Virus record (IMG/VR): IMGVR_UViG_3300010362_001190
Location: 1 to 25,605 of that record
Source: a virus
Lineage: Duplodnaviria > Caudoviricetes
Reading direction: 5' to 3' (one strand)
Length of the DNA stretch: 25,605 bases
Positions 16,006-23,331 of the stretch are shown piece after piece. The first letter of the stretch is position 1. Every line of letters starts with the position of its first letter. The translations under genes and the position numbers were made by a program. The notes beneath the pieces were generated by a model that saw only the letters and a program-made list of their open reading frames with translations, made no database searches and was not told the origin of the DNA.

Positions 16006-16043
16006 GAGGAAGCTCTTCGCGGTTCGCTGTTCGCCAAAAGTAT

Positions 16044-16072
16044 TTGACGTATGATAAGCAATCATGTATGCC
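16044..16072 (+). promoter_or_regulatory. Promoter with palindromic operator in its spacer
   Basis: TTGACG-17-TATGCC; spacer holds ATGAT-aagca-ATCAT (16051-16065); ATG lies 6 nt after the -10 with no SD. Confidence 0.6.
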
Positions 16073-16078
16073 AGTCAT

Positions 16079-16243
16079 ATGGAATTGAAAGGCGAAGTGA
16101 AAAATAAGAAACGGAGGCTAATTGTCTTACTGCCTCCGGAACTGCTTAAAGCAGCTCGCCGTCGCGCCCTTGAAGAAGATCGACCGTTGCGAGAATGGCT
16201 TGCTGATGCGATGGCGGCCAAGTTAGCGGAGGTGAAATGCTGA
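16079..16243 (+). CDS. Ribbon-helix-helix (Arc/CopG-like) regulator, 54 aa
   Basis: Hand-translated MELKGEVKNKKRRLIVLLPPELLKAARRRALEEDRPLREWLADAMAAKLAEVKC: strand-helix-helix pattern; below the ORF-track size cutoff. Confidence 0.8.
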   Translation: MELKGEVKNKKRRLIVLLPPELLKAARRRALEEDRPLREWLADAMAAKLAEVKC

Positions 16244-16410
16244 TACCGGACACTCCCGTACTCACCCTCCTCATTGCCCTCGGTCTCCTCGTCAATGTCT
16301 ACGGACTCGGTCTGTTATTCCAGGTACACCGCGAAGTGCGCGACACCGTGCGCACGACGCGCCTGACTCTTGAGGCTGCTCTAGCGATGCTCGGTCAGGT
16401 GAACGAATGA
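16237..16410 (+). CDS. 57-aa single-transmembrane protein
   Basis: GGAGGTG RBS; MLIPDTPVLTLLIALGLLVNVYGLGLLFQVHREVRD..; overlaps both neighbours. Confidence 0.7.
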   Translation: MLIPDTPVLTLLIALGLLVNVYGLGLLFQVHREVRDTVRTTRLTLEAALAMLGQVNE

Positions 16411-16760
16411 GGGAGATCGAGGAACTCCTCACTCAGATTGAGCGAGATCTGAATATCTGCCTCTTCCTCTCAGAGGAGATAGCTATGAAAGATGCTGAAT
16501 TGCAAAAACACTTGGAGACACTACGGGCAATACAGGCAGAAGTGCGCGAACAAGTACAAAAAAAGAGAGCTGAGCGTGCACGACTGATAGCGCATGATCC
16601 TGAATTGACGGACCGCATACGAGTCGCCGAAAAGGAACGCCGAACAGACGAAACCATCTGGGTCTGTGAATGTACGGCCATCTTGACGCGCGCGGCGGCC
16701 GTAACTATCACATGTTGTGAATGCAATCAAGAATTTATGCGGCTCCAAGACTTACGGTAA
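16407..16760 (+). CDS. Coiled-coil protein with C-terminal Zn ribbon
   Basis: ATGA overlap; WVCEC..ITCCEC; alternative start at 16485 with GAGGAG RBS. Confidence 0.7.
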   Translation: MREIEELLTQIERDLNICLFLSEEIAMKDAELQKHLETLRAIQAEVREQVQKKRAERARLIAHDPELTDRIRVAEKERRTDETIWVCECTAILTRAAAVTITCCECNQEFMRLQDLR

Positions 16761-16780
16761 AGGAGGATTGCGAGCAATGT

Positions 16781-17011
16781 ATGGCAACACCCAAACCCAG
16801 CAAGAGACGATTCGCGGACCGCCGGCAGCGTTACCTTATTCATGAACTGCAAGAAGGAAAGTGCGCGATCTGCGGGCAGGAACTCGCAGAGCATTTTCAT
16901 ATTGATCATTTAGAACCGTTTTCCCAGAAAGGAAAAACAGAACTATGGAATCTGCAAGCTCTCTGTTTGAGGTGCCACAGACACAAACACCGCCGCGAAA
17001 AGGACAAATAG
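16781..17011 (+). CDS. Small HNH endonuclease
   Basis: GKCAICG..FHIDHLEPFSQKGKTELWNLQALCLRCH; AGGAGG upstream. Confidence 0.9.
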   Translation: MATPKPSKRRFADRRQRYLIHELQEGKCAICGQELAEHFHIDHLEPFSQKGKTELWNLQALCLRCHRHKHRREKDK

Positions 17012-18822
17012 ATATTGTGCGGGCCGTCTTACAACTTCAGCGTGGTGTTCTAACGGCGCAATTACCAACCGGTTACGGCAAGACCAAAGCGGCCATACTG
17101 GCCTTTATCGCACTCCATCGGAAAGGCGAAGTCACGCGCCTGCTCTATGTTGTTTCGAGTGAACCGCAATTAACGCAATTTTGTCAAGATGCCGAAGGCG
17201 ATTTTGCTTGGGGAGGAATGGCCGGGGTGAAGCCCTTATCCATCGGGTATAGTCATTCACTCGCGCTCAAAGAACATCGTACGAATAAGACCATGGTCTT
17301 TGTGACAACGATTCAAGCTCTGGCGTATCGTACGGGAAAGACCACAGAAAATGGGGGAAACACGCTGCAAACAATCCGTGATTTACTTGCTACCGGCCGG
17401 TGGATGATTGTCATTGATGAATATCATCATTATGGCATGGAGAAGGCGTGGGGCAAAACAGCACTGACTTTAAATGCGCAACTTCTGCTTGCGCTGTCAG
17501 CGACGCCGGACCGTAAGGGACAAGACAGCGCTTTTGGCACGCCCATGATTCGCATGCCGTATTTAGCTGCGCTCGAAGAAAAGGCCGTCAAACGACTAAC
17601 CCTCCATGCCTATGAATACCGCGTTGATGCCATTCGGGTCAATGGTGAACCCATTTCCTTCACCACTAGTGAACTCGTGGATGAAGTGGGCAGCGATGAA
17701 CCTGAACTCATCGATCGGTATCTGGTGAGTAAGAAAATTCGCTGGTCACCAAAATATATCTCACCTCTCGTTTCCATTCCCATTGAGCGGTTATTAACGA
17801 AACGAGTGCGAAGTGGCTTACCGCTGCAAATGATTATTAGTGCGATGGGCTGCTTGCATGCCCAGATGGTCTATCACCAAGTAAGTTCCTTATTTGGCGA
17901 TTTATTGCGGGTCGATTGGGTCGGCACGGGGCCACATGGGCGGCGGCCTGAGGAAAATAAAGCGGTGATCAATAAATTCTGCCCAGCAAAAAAGCCGGGG
18001 GTGCCGCCGGGAAAGAACATTCAGTTAGATGTTCTCATTCATGTTGGCGTCGCGGGTGAGGGATTAGATTCGATATTTGTCGCTGAAGTTGTCCATCTCC
18101 ATTCTGCGCGTCTAGGGAATCGAGAAGATCAAGAAAACGGCCGAGCGGCACGCCGTCTTCCCGTTATCGACGACGAATATCAACAGGCCACCATTAATGT
18201 CGATACGACCTCTGCCTATGCCAAATGGAAAGGCGCCCACATCATGGAGGTCTTTGACCGAGTCTCCGACGCGGAGCCCCTTGCCGATGATGAGGAGGAG
18301 GACGAAGAACCTCAGGAACCCTCAGAATATGAGGACCTCCCTGATGAGCCTCGCATCGTCATCACCGATTTGAACTTGATTAATATTTATCGAGGCGAAG
18401 CAGGTGTGCAGGCATGGGCGCGGGCGATTAGTCAGGCTGCTGGCAAAACGCTGCAAGAAATTGCCGCTGAACTCGACGGCGATGACAGTCATCCCCTATG
18501 GGCGCTCGCCATTAAAAAACGGCGGCAAGAATTGCACGAACAAGGGCAGGCATCGGACCGCATGTCAGAACTCTTGCAATTGCGTCAACAAGTTGATGCG
18601 GCGGTAGGCAAAGTCGCCTCGATGATCGTACGAACCTTGAATGAGGGGCGTTTTGAGCGCAGCGCTATCGGTGACATGATGAAACGGATCAATACGCGAA
18701 AAAAACGCCTCTTCGGTGATGTCGATACGGCGGATGAGGCATTGCTACGCACGCAGTATCATTTCATCAAGGATCTAGAACAAGCCTTCAAGCAGGGAGA
18801 ACGACCGGCATGGCTACTGTAA
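16945..18822 (+). CDS. Superfamily 2 (DExH, ResIII-like) helicase
   Basis: PRKGQ (Q motif), LPTGYGKT, IDEYHH, LSATPDR, GEGLD, QENGRAAR; acidic linker and helical C-terminus. Confidence 0.92.
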   Translation: MESASSLFEVPQTQTPPRKGQIDIVRAVLQLQRGVLTAQLPTGYGKTKAAILAFIALHRKGEVTRLLYVVSSEPQLTQFCQDAEGDFAWGGMAGVKPLSIGYSHSLALKEHRTNKTMVFVTTIQALAYRTGKTTENGGNTLQTIRDLLATGRWMIVIDEYHHYGMEKAWGKTALTLNAQLLLALSATPDRKGQDSAFGTPMIRMPYLAALEEKAVKRLTLHAYEYRVDAIRVNGEPISFTTSELVDEVGSDEPELIDRYLVSKKIRWSPKYISPLVSIPIERLLTKRVRSGLPLQMIISAMGCLHAQMVYHQVSSLFGDLLRVDWVGTGPHGRRPEENKAVINKFCPAKKPGVPPGKNIQLDVLIHVGVAGEGLDSIFVAEVVHLHSARLGNREDQENGRAARRLPVIDDEYQQATINVDTTSAYAKWKGAHIMEVFDRVSDAEPLADDEEEDEEPQEPSEYEDLPDEPRIVITDLNLINIYRGEAGVQAWARAISQAAGKTLQEIAAELDGDDSHPLWALAIKKRRQELHEQGQASDRMSELLQLRQQVDAAVGKVASMIVRTLNEGRFERSAIGDMMKRINTRKKRLFGDVDTADEALLRTQYHFIKDLEQAFKQGERPAWLL

Positions 18823-19532
18823 CGATTGATCAGGGGCCGATTGATGCGCTGATGTATCCGCGGGAGGTGTCACAAAAAAATTGGCATTTTCTCGTGGGGG
18901 CACGGCGCACGTATCTCGGGATTCGCTTAGCGCATGATTGCCGCTGTCTCGTGCGCTTCGTGCAGGAAGGACAAGACATGTGGCAGCCGCTCGGGTACCA
19001 GAGCCTAGAGGATTTCATGCGCCAGGGCTTGGACCTCGATCCGGCTCTAGTGCGCTGGGCGCTGGCCGGCTTGCAGACGCTAGCCCCTGACGAAGCGATC
19101 CCCTTCGCCGTTGCCGTCGCGCAAGGCAAGCATGTCCAGCCTCATACGGCCGAGGCCGCCTTGCACACGACTGGTGAGGTGCTGCCCGAAGGAAACTCAA
19201 CGGGCAACAATCAGTATCAGAAGAAAGTGGAACTAGGCAATTTGCCTAGTTCCTCCTCACAACAGTCCCGTGCCCAGCAAAACGGGGTCGGCCTCCGCAC
19301 GCAGAAGAAACTTGACCGCCTGGCCCGCGACTTCCCTGACCTGCTGGAGAAAGTCAAACGGCGCGAGCTATCGGTCAATCGAGCCGCCAAAGAGGCCGGC
19401 ATTGTCAAAGATCCCGACCCGCTCAAAGAACTCCAGAAATGGTGGACGAAAGCCAGTGATGAACAGCGAGCACTTTTCTTGCGCTGGCTAGAGTCTAGCA
19501 CTCATGCCATTGGAGAAACCCATGTCAGCTAA
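18810..19532 (+). CDS. Hypothetical protein with putative HTH-like DNA-binding C-terminus
   Basis: GGGAG RBS; overlaps the helicase stop; GNNQY and RLARDFPDLLEKVKRRELSVNRAAKEAGI, a pattern seen in phage ParB-associated DNA-binding proteins. Confidence 0.75.
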   Translation: MATVTIDQGPIDALMYPREVSQKNWHFLVGARRTYLGIRLAHDCRCLVRFVQEGQDMWQPLGYQSLEDFMRQGLDLDPALVRWALAGLQTLAPDEAIPFAVAVAQGKHVQPHTAEAALHTTGEVLPEGNSTGNNQYQKKVELGNLPSSSSQQSRAQQNGVGLRTQKKLDRLARDFPDLLEKVKRRELSVNRAAKEAGIVKDPDPLKELQKWWTKASDEQRALFLRWLESSTHAIGETHVS

Positions 19533-19743
19533 GTCCGGCTCCTATAGCTGCCTGCTCTGTGAGGACACGATGGACCAAGATGCTCGGCACGCTCACTTCC
19601 TCACCTTCCCTGACACAGCCGCTTTAGCCGAGCATCTCCGGCTCCAGTACGGCCGTGAGGCTGACCATGACGGCTCTCTCACTGCTCTGCTCTGGTGGTA
19701 TCGCACCAGGCGAGCACTGGAGCGGTTGGCAGAGAAGAGCTAA
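19522..19743 (+). CDS. Small putative Zn-finger-like protein
   Basis: GGAG RBS; YSCLLC..TF..LAEHLR. Confidence 0.55.
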   Translation: MSAKSGSYSCLLCEDTMDQDARHAHFLTFPDTAALAEHLRLQYGREADHDGSLTALLWWYRTRRALERLAEKS

Positions 19744-19946
19744 CGCTATTTGCCGCCGTGCCATAAACGTCTGATAATCCGTGCCTCTCTGCCAGTTAAG
19801 CGGATTTATTCAACTTTCTGCCTTCTTTGGCAGCTGCCAAAAGTCAAAAATCTCACAACGGGTTCTAGAGCACGACCGTGCCAGTTCAGCGGATTTACTA
19901 GACTTTTTCATTTGGCGATTTATGGCATGCTGCCAGTTCAGCGGAT

Positions 19947-20186
19947 TTATTGAACTTTCTGGCTAAACGCTTTTATTGCCTCAATTGCCTCCAAAAGCGT
20001 GGTCCCGCCGGCCGTTCCGAGACTTTCGCTCGTGACATACCAACCCGTAGCTGTGGTCCCGAGTTGTAGGCTTGTTTGTGCCGCCAGCCAATCAAGGGCA
20101 GCCGCCTTGCGGTAGAGCAGTGCTAGTGCCTGGGCGTCTCTCAGCGAGCGGAGCAAGGCAGGATCAAGGGTATCAATCTCATCCAT
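19947..20186 (-). CDS. Hypothetical protein
   Basis: AAGGAG lies 9 nt before the ATG at 20186; LDWL..TLLEAIEA pattern common in small phage proteins. Confidence 0.65.
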   Translation of the reverse strand: MDEIDTLDPALLRSLRDAQALALLYRKAAALDWLAAQTSLQLGTTATGWYVTSESLGTAGGTTLLEAIEAIKAFSQKVQ

Positions 20187-20249
20187 AGAAGACATCTCCT
20201 TTTTATCTTTTAGCTGGGTCAGGTTCTGCTAAGTATACGTACTTATTCA

Positions 20250-20426
20250 TTATGTCATGTTTGTAGCAGTATCCTCTCTTTGCCGTTTCCACTGCGCAAT
20301 GAGATCATCTAGGCGCCGTTTGCGCTCTTCTCTCCCTGGCGGCGGCGGGAAGTACGGGCGTGCCAGTATCCACGACGTGTCCGGCTGCGGGAGCAATGAG
20401 AGTTGGTCAGGGTCTGATTTCTGCAT
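20250..20426 (-). CDS. 58-aa hypothetical protein
   Basis: Hand-translated MQKSDPDQLSLLPQPD..RKRRLDDLIAQWKRQRE..; GC-richer island between repeats; weak RBS. Confidence 0.4.
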   Translation of the reverse strand: MQKSDPDQLSLLPQPDTSWILARPYFPPPPGREERKRRLDDLIAQWKRQREDTATNMT

Positions 20427-20551
20427 AGGGTTCTTTTCTCTAGAGCAGGCAACAAGCCCCTCACAAACAGTTAGCGTGCTTTTTACTCTGTTTTTGCTGC
20501 CAGTTAAGTGTATTTATTAGACATTTGAGCATTTTTGGCAGTTGTCAGGCA

Positions 20552-20817
20552 GTTTTACCCCCTGAGAGTTTTACCTTGTGCCTCTAGGGCTATTTTTACC
20601 CTTGCCATAAACGTCTGATAATCCTTGCCCCCTTGATTATATTAAAGAAAATAAAATTCAGTATATCTTTTAAAGGAGAGGGGTAGTGGCACAGAGAGAG
20701 GGGCAAGGTAAAACCGGTAAAACCGCAAAACTAAAAAAGCTGCCAGTTCATTGACTTTGCTAGACTTTCTCATCATTTTACTCTTTCTCGCAGGGGTTTT
20801 ACCTATATAGGTAAAAC
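20552..20817. repeat. Putative replication origin: GGTAAAAC octamer iterons around an AT-rich core
   Basis: GTTTTACC at 20552, 20568, 20796; GGTAAAAC at 20707, 20716, 20810; degenerate copy at 20593; perfect 22-bp palindrome 20796-20817; immediately downstream of the Prim-Pol gene. Confidence 0.75.
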
Positions 20818-20825
20818 TGATCTTA

Positions 20826-20838
20826 TAACCTGTTGATT
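20826..20838. promoter_or_regulatory. IHF-consensus site
   Basis: TAACCTGTTGATT matches YAANNNNTTGATW, next to the iteron palindrome. Confidence 0.5.
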
Positions 20839-20841
20839 TAT

Positions 20842-23319
20842 TTATTCTTTTTCATCCTTGGCAAATTCCGGGGCATATGCCGGCAAATAGAGCCATTTTG
20901 GTTTCGGTCCGCCTTTTTTGCTACCCGCTCTAATTTCTCGCACGAGTTTGTGCTGCATGACGAGGCTTTCTATGACAACTTGGGCATCCTTATAGGTCGC
21001 TTCTCCGGTCGCTAAAGAATCAATTAACTCGCGTTCATTACTTCCTTTACGTCGTGCAGCCGTCAGTTTAGCTAGAGCCTTCAACTCGATATTCTTGTAG
21101 TATGCTTTGATGGGTGGGAAGTTCTCATGGCTACTGACCCCGACCAGGTCAGGGATCAATTCCGTCTCGACATAGCGCATGGAGAGACTGACGACGGCAA
21201 TACTGACCTCGACATCCTGGAGGGAGATGGACGACCGTCCACCCGCCCAGGCGCGGATGAACGGGATATGGTGCAAGTAAAAGCCCATCCGGGCAAAGAC
21301 CTTGCGCCGCTGGTCGTCGATCGCCATCAGCGGCTCAAGGGTTGCCTCCCCCCATTCTTTGATCCGGGCGAGCGCATCAGGCTCAAAGAGGGTCAACAGA
21401 GTGCCTTCCGGATGCCAGCGGGTCGGGTCTTCTCGGGTCACGGGATCGGGCAGCAGCGGCCCAGTGAGGGCACGCAGGCGCTGTAGGTCTACGCTGACAG
21501 TCTTGGTATTATGCAAACGCCACTGTGTCGCCGTGCCAGGCAAGATTAAGTAGCGGTTCACGAACCCCTGATCGAGCAAGTTGCTGTTACTCTGTAGGGC
21601 CTGGGAAAACCCTTTGGGTGTCGTGGTAGCGAAGATACTCAAGATCGGGTCAAAGATCTTAATCCGGCCGCCGGCAATATTGAGTCCACTGCGGGCCTGG
21701 GTGTAGGCGCCTTCAGACTGAAAACAGTTGTTGTGATTTTCGATCAGGGTTGCCATCTTAATGCCGGCATACTTCGTCAACGTCGTCCACTCCCGCAGTA
21801 AGAGGAGCGAGGGCACCGGGCGGTAGGTCGGCCGCAACTGGCCGAGCTGCTTGACCGGCGGGATCTCCTCGGCAATCACATACAAAAGACCTTCCCCGGA
21901 ATTGACCCCGGTCGAGATCGCGTACTCCGGGGGGAGCATATGCTCAATCATGCGGGCCGGCAGCCCTTTCCCTGACCCGGTCGGCGCTACTAACAAACAA
22001 TAGACCTGTCCGTACATCGGCTGATAGAAAAAACTGCGCAGGCGCTGCTGCGCGAGGGCACCGAAGCCGGCATAGGTCGCCAGCCACACCCGCGGGGAAT
22101 ACTCTTGGGCAATCTCGGCTTGCTGCAGCCACAGCTCGTCCCAGACAAAACTTGGTAAGCTATAGGATGCGGGTGCCGGCTCAGCCTGTGGCTGGGGCTC
22201 AGCTTTCGGTTCAGGCTGAGGTTCAGGCTGGGGTTCTTCCTGGGGCTCCTCGCGCGCATCATCGGTGAACGGCTCTGCCTGCGGTTCCGCCGGGGGCGGC
22301 TCCCTCACCGGAGGGGCTAACGGCTCAACCCAGGCATCGACTGGCGGCGCATCCTCATCCGTTGCCCAGCCGTTGCCATACGGTAAGCCGTAGAGGTCCG
22401 CGAGCGCGCGGGCTGCAGCCCGGTAATCCTGGCCGTGATTCAAGACGGCATAGGCTCTAAACTTTGGATACCCATGCTCGGGCTCAAACACCGTCGAGGT
22501 AGAGAAGACATAGAGGAGGTCCGAGCCAGCAAAGTTCGTCGTCGCAGAGATCCCCTGTGCTTTCCCCGGCCGCCGCCAGTAAGTTTCCTCGCCGCGCTGA
22601 TAGACCGCCACCCAGCCGTGCGGGGTCAAGATCTCATCCCAGCTCGCCCGTTGGTTGTAGAGGTCCCCGGGGCGGTCCCCCTGAGAGGAGGAGGAAGACA
22701 CGGTCACAGCAGCCGCGGCCAGATTCCGGCGGGGCCGTTCATCAAACGTGCGGGCTAAGTCAAGAAGATCTTTCCGTTCTTCCGGCGTGATCGTGGCAAT
22801 CGTGGCAAAGGTGCCGGACAGCAACACATAGGGCTTGCCGCTGGGATGCACGGCCCCGCAGGACGGCGCGCAGATAAAATACCCACCCTCGCCGCGGGTC
22901 TCGATCAGCGTCTTCTCTCTGGTCGCCGCGAGCACCTGGTTCCCGGCAATGACTGAACAATGATAGGGCAAATGTTGCCCGTCATTCGGCGAGCGCTCGC
23001 AGTACCCCGCCTGAATACGGGCCACAAGATCCCCTAAACCGACTGCCTGAGCTGCAGCAATGAAGCGGGCGAAAATATCGGGCTGGTCAAAGTCTAGGGT
23101 CTCAAGCCCCTGTGAGACCCGGCCACAGATCAGGGCTAACCCATACTCGGCATTCCGTAGCCACCAGGTCCGCAGTTGCGCTAAGGTCGGCCGCCGCTGT
23201 TGCCAGCGCTTCCACGGCGCAGACGCACCTTTGCTGCCGTCCGCTTTAATCGGGATGACCGACAGCCCGGCGGCAATCGCCGCCTGTGCTGCGTCAAAGA
23301 CCGGGTTGTGCCCCTCCAT
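20842..23319 (-). CDS. Bifunctional primase-polymerase fused to a DUF3987-like P-loop helicase
   Basis: GLSVIPI..WKRWQ..LICGRVS..LDFD..SPNDGQH..IETRGEGGY..APS (Prim-Pol); YWRRPGK; P/E linker; APTGSGKG, SGEGL, GFVNRY. Start may be GTG 23328. Confidence 0.9.
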   Translation of the reverse strand: MEGHNPVFDAAQAAIAAGLSVIPIKADGSKGASAPWKRWQQRRPTLAQLRTWWLRNAEYGLALICGRVSQGLETLDFDQPDIFARFIAAAQAVGLGDLVARIQAGYCERSPNDGQHLPYHCSVIAGNQVLAATREKTLIETRGEGGYFICAPSCGAVHPSGKPYVLLSGTFATIATITPEERKDLLDLARTFDERPRRNLAAAAVTVSSSSSQGDRPGDLYNQRASWDEILTPHGWVAVYQRGEETYWRRPGKAQGISATTNFAGSDLLYVFSTSTVFEPEHGYPKFRAYAVLNHGQDYRAAARALADLYGLPYGNGWATDEDAPPVDAWVEPLAPPVREPPPAEPQAEPFTDDAREEPQEEPQPEPQPEPKAEPQPQAEPAPASYSLPSFVWDELWLQQAEIAQEYSPRVWLATYAGFGALAQQRLRSFFYQPMYGQVYCLLVAPTGSGKGLPARMIEHMLPPEYAISTGVNSGEGLLYVIAEEIPPVKQLGQLRPTYRPVPSLLLLREWTTLTKYAGIKMATLIENHNNCFQSEGAYTQARSGLNIAGGRIKIFDPILSIFATTTPKGFSQALQSNSNLLDQGFVNRYLILPGTATQWRLHNTKTVSVDLQRLRALTGPLLPDPVTREDPTRWHPEGTLLTLFEPDALARIKEWGEATLEPLMAIDDQRRKVFARMGFYLHHIPFIRAWAGGRSSISLQDVEVSIAVVSLSMRYVETELIPDLVGVSSHENFPPIKAYYKNIELKALAKLTAARRKGSNERELIDSLATGEATYKDAQVVIESLVMQHKLVREIRAGSKKGGPKPKWLYLPAYAPEFAKDEKE

Positions 23320-23331
23320 GCCACTCACCCC

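Larger units (their letters stand above)
19759..20771 (+). repeat. Dispersed direct repeats: five ~28-30 bp TGCCAGTT(A/C)A.. units and two 27-bp TGCCATAAACGTCTGATAATCC(G/T)TGCC units
   Basis: First family starts at 19790, 19879, 19931, 20498, 20741; second at 19759 and 20603; palindrome TTTGGCAGCTGCCAAA at 19826-19841. Confidence 0.9.

Noticed and set aside
16777-16845. 22-codon out-of-frame ORF whose ATG is better spaced from AGGAGG than the HNH ATG
   Set aside because: Too short and featureless to call; it could dampen HNH translation but nothing else supports that.
19759-20771. Repeats as a CRISPR array
   Set aside because: Irregular spacing (tens to hundreds of nt), degenerate units, intervening ORFs and no cas genes.
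22180-22360. P/E/Q-rich tandem repeats in Prim-Pol (similar ones in the portal tail and Bet)
   Set aside because: Ordinary low-complexity interdomain linkers.
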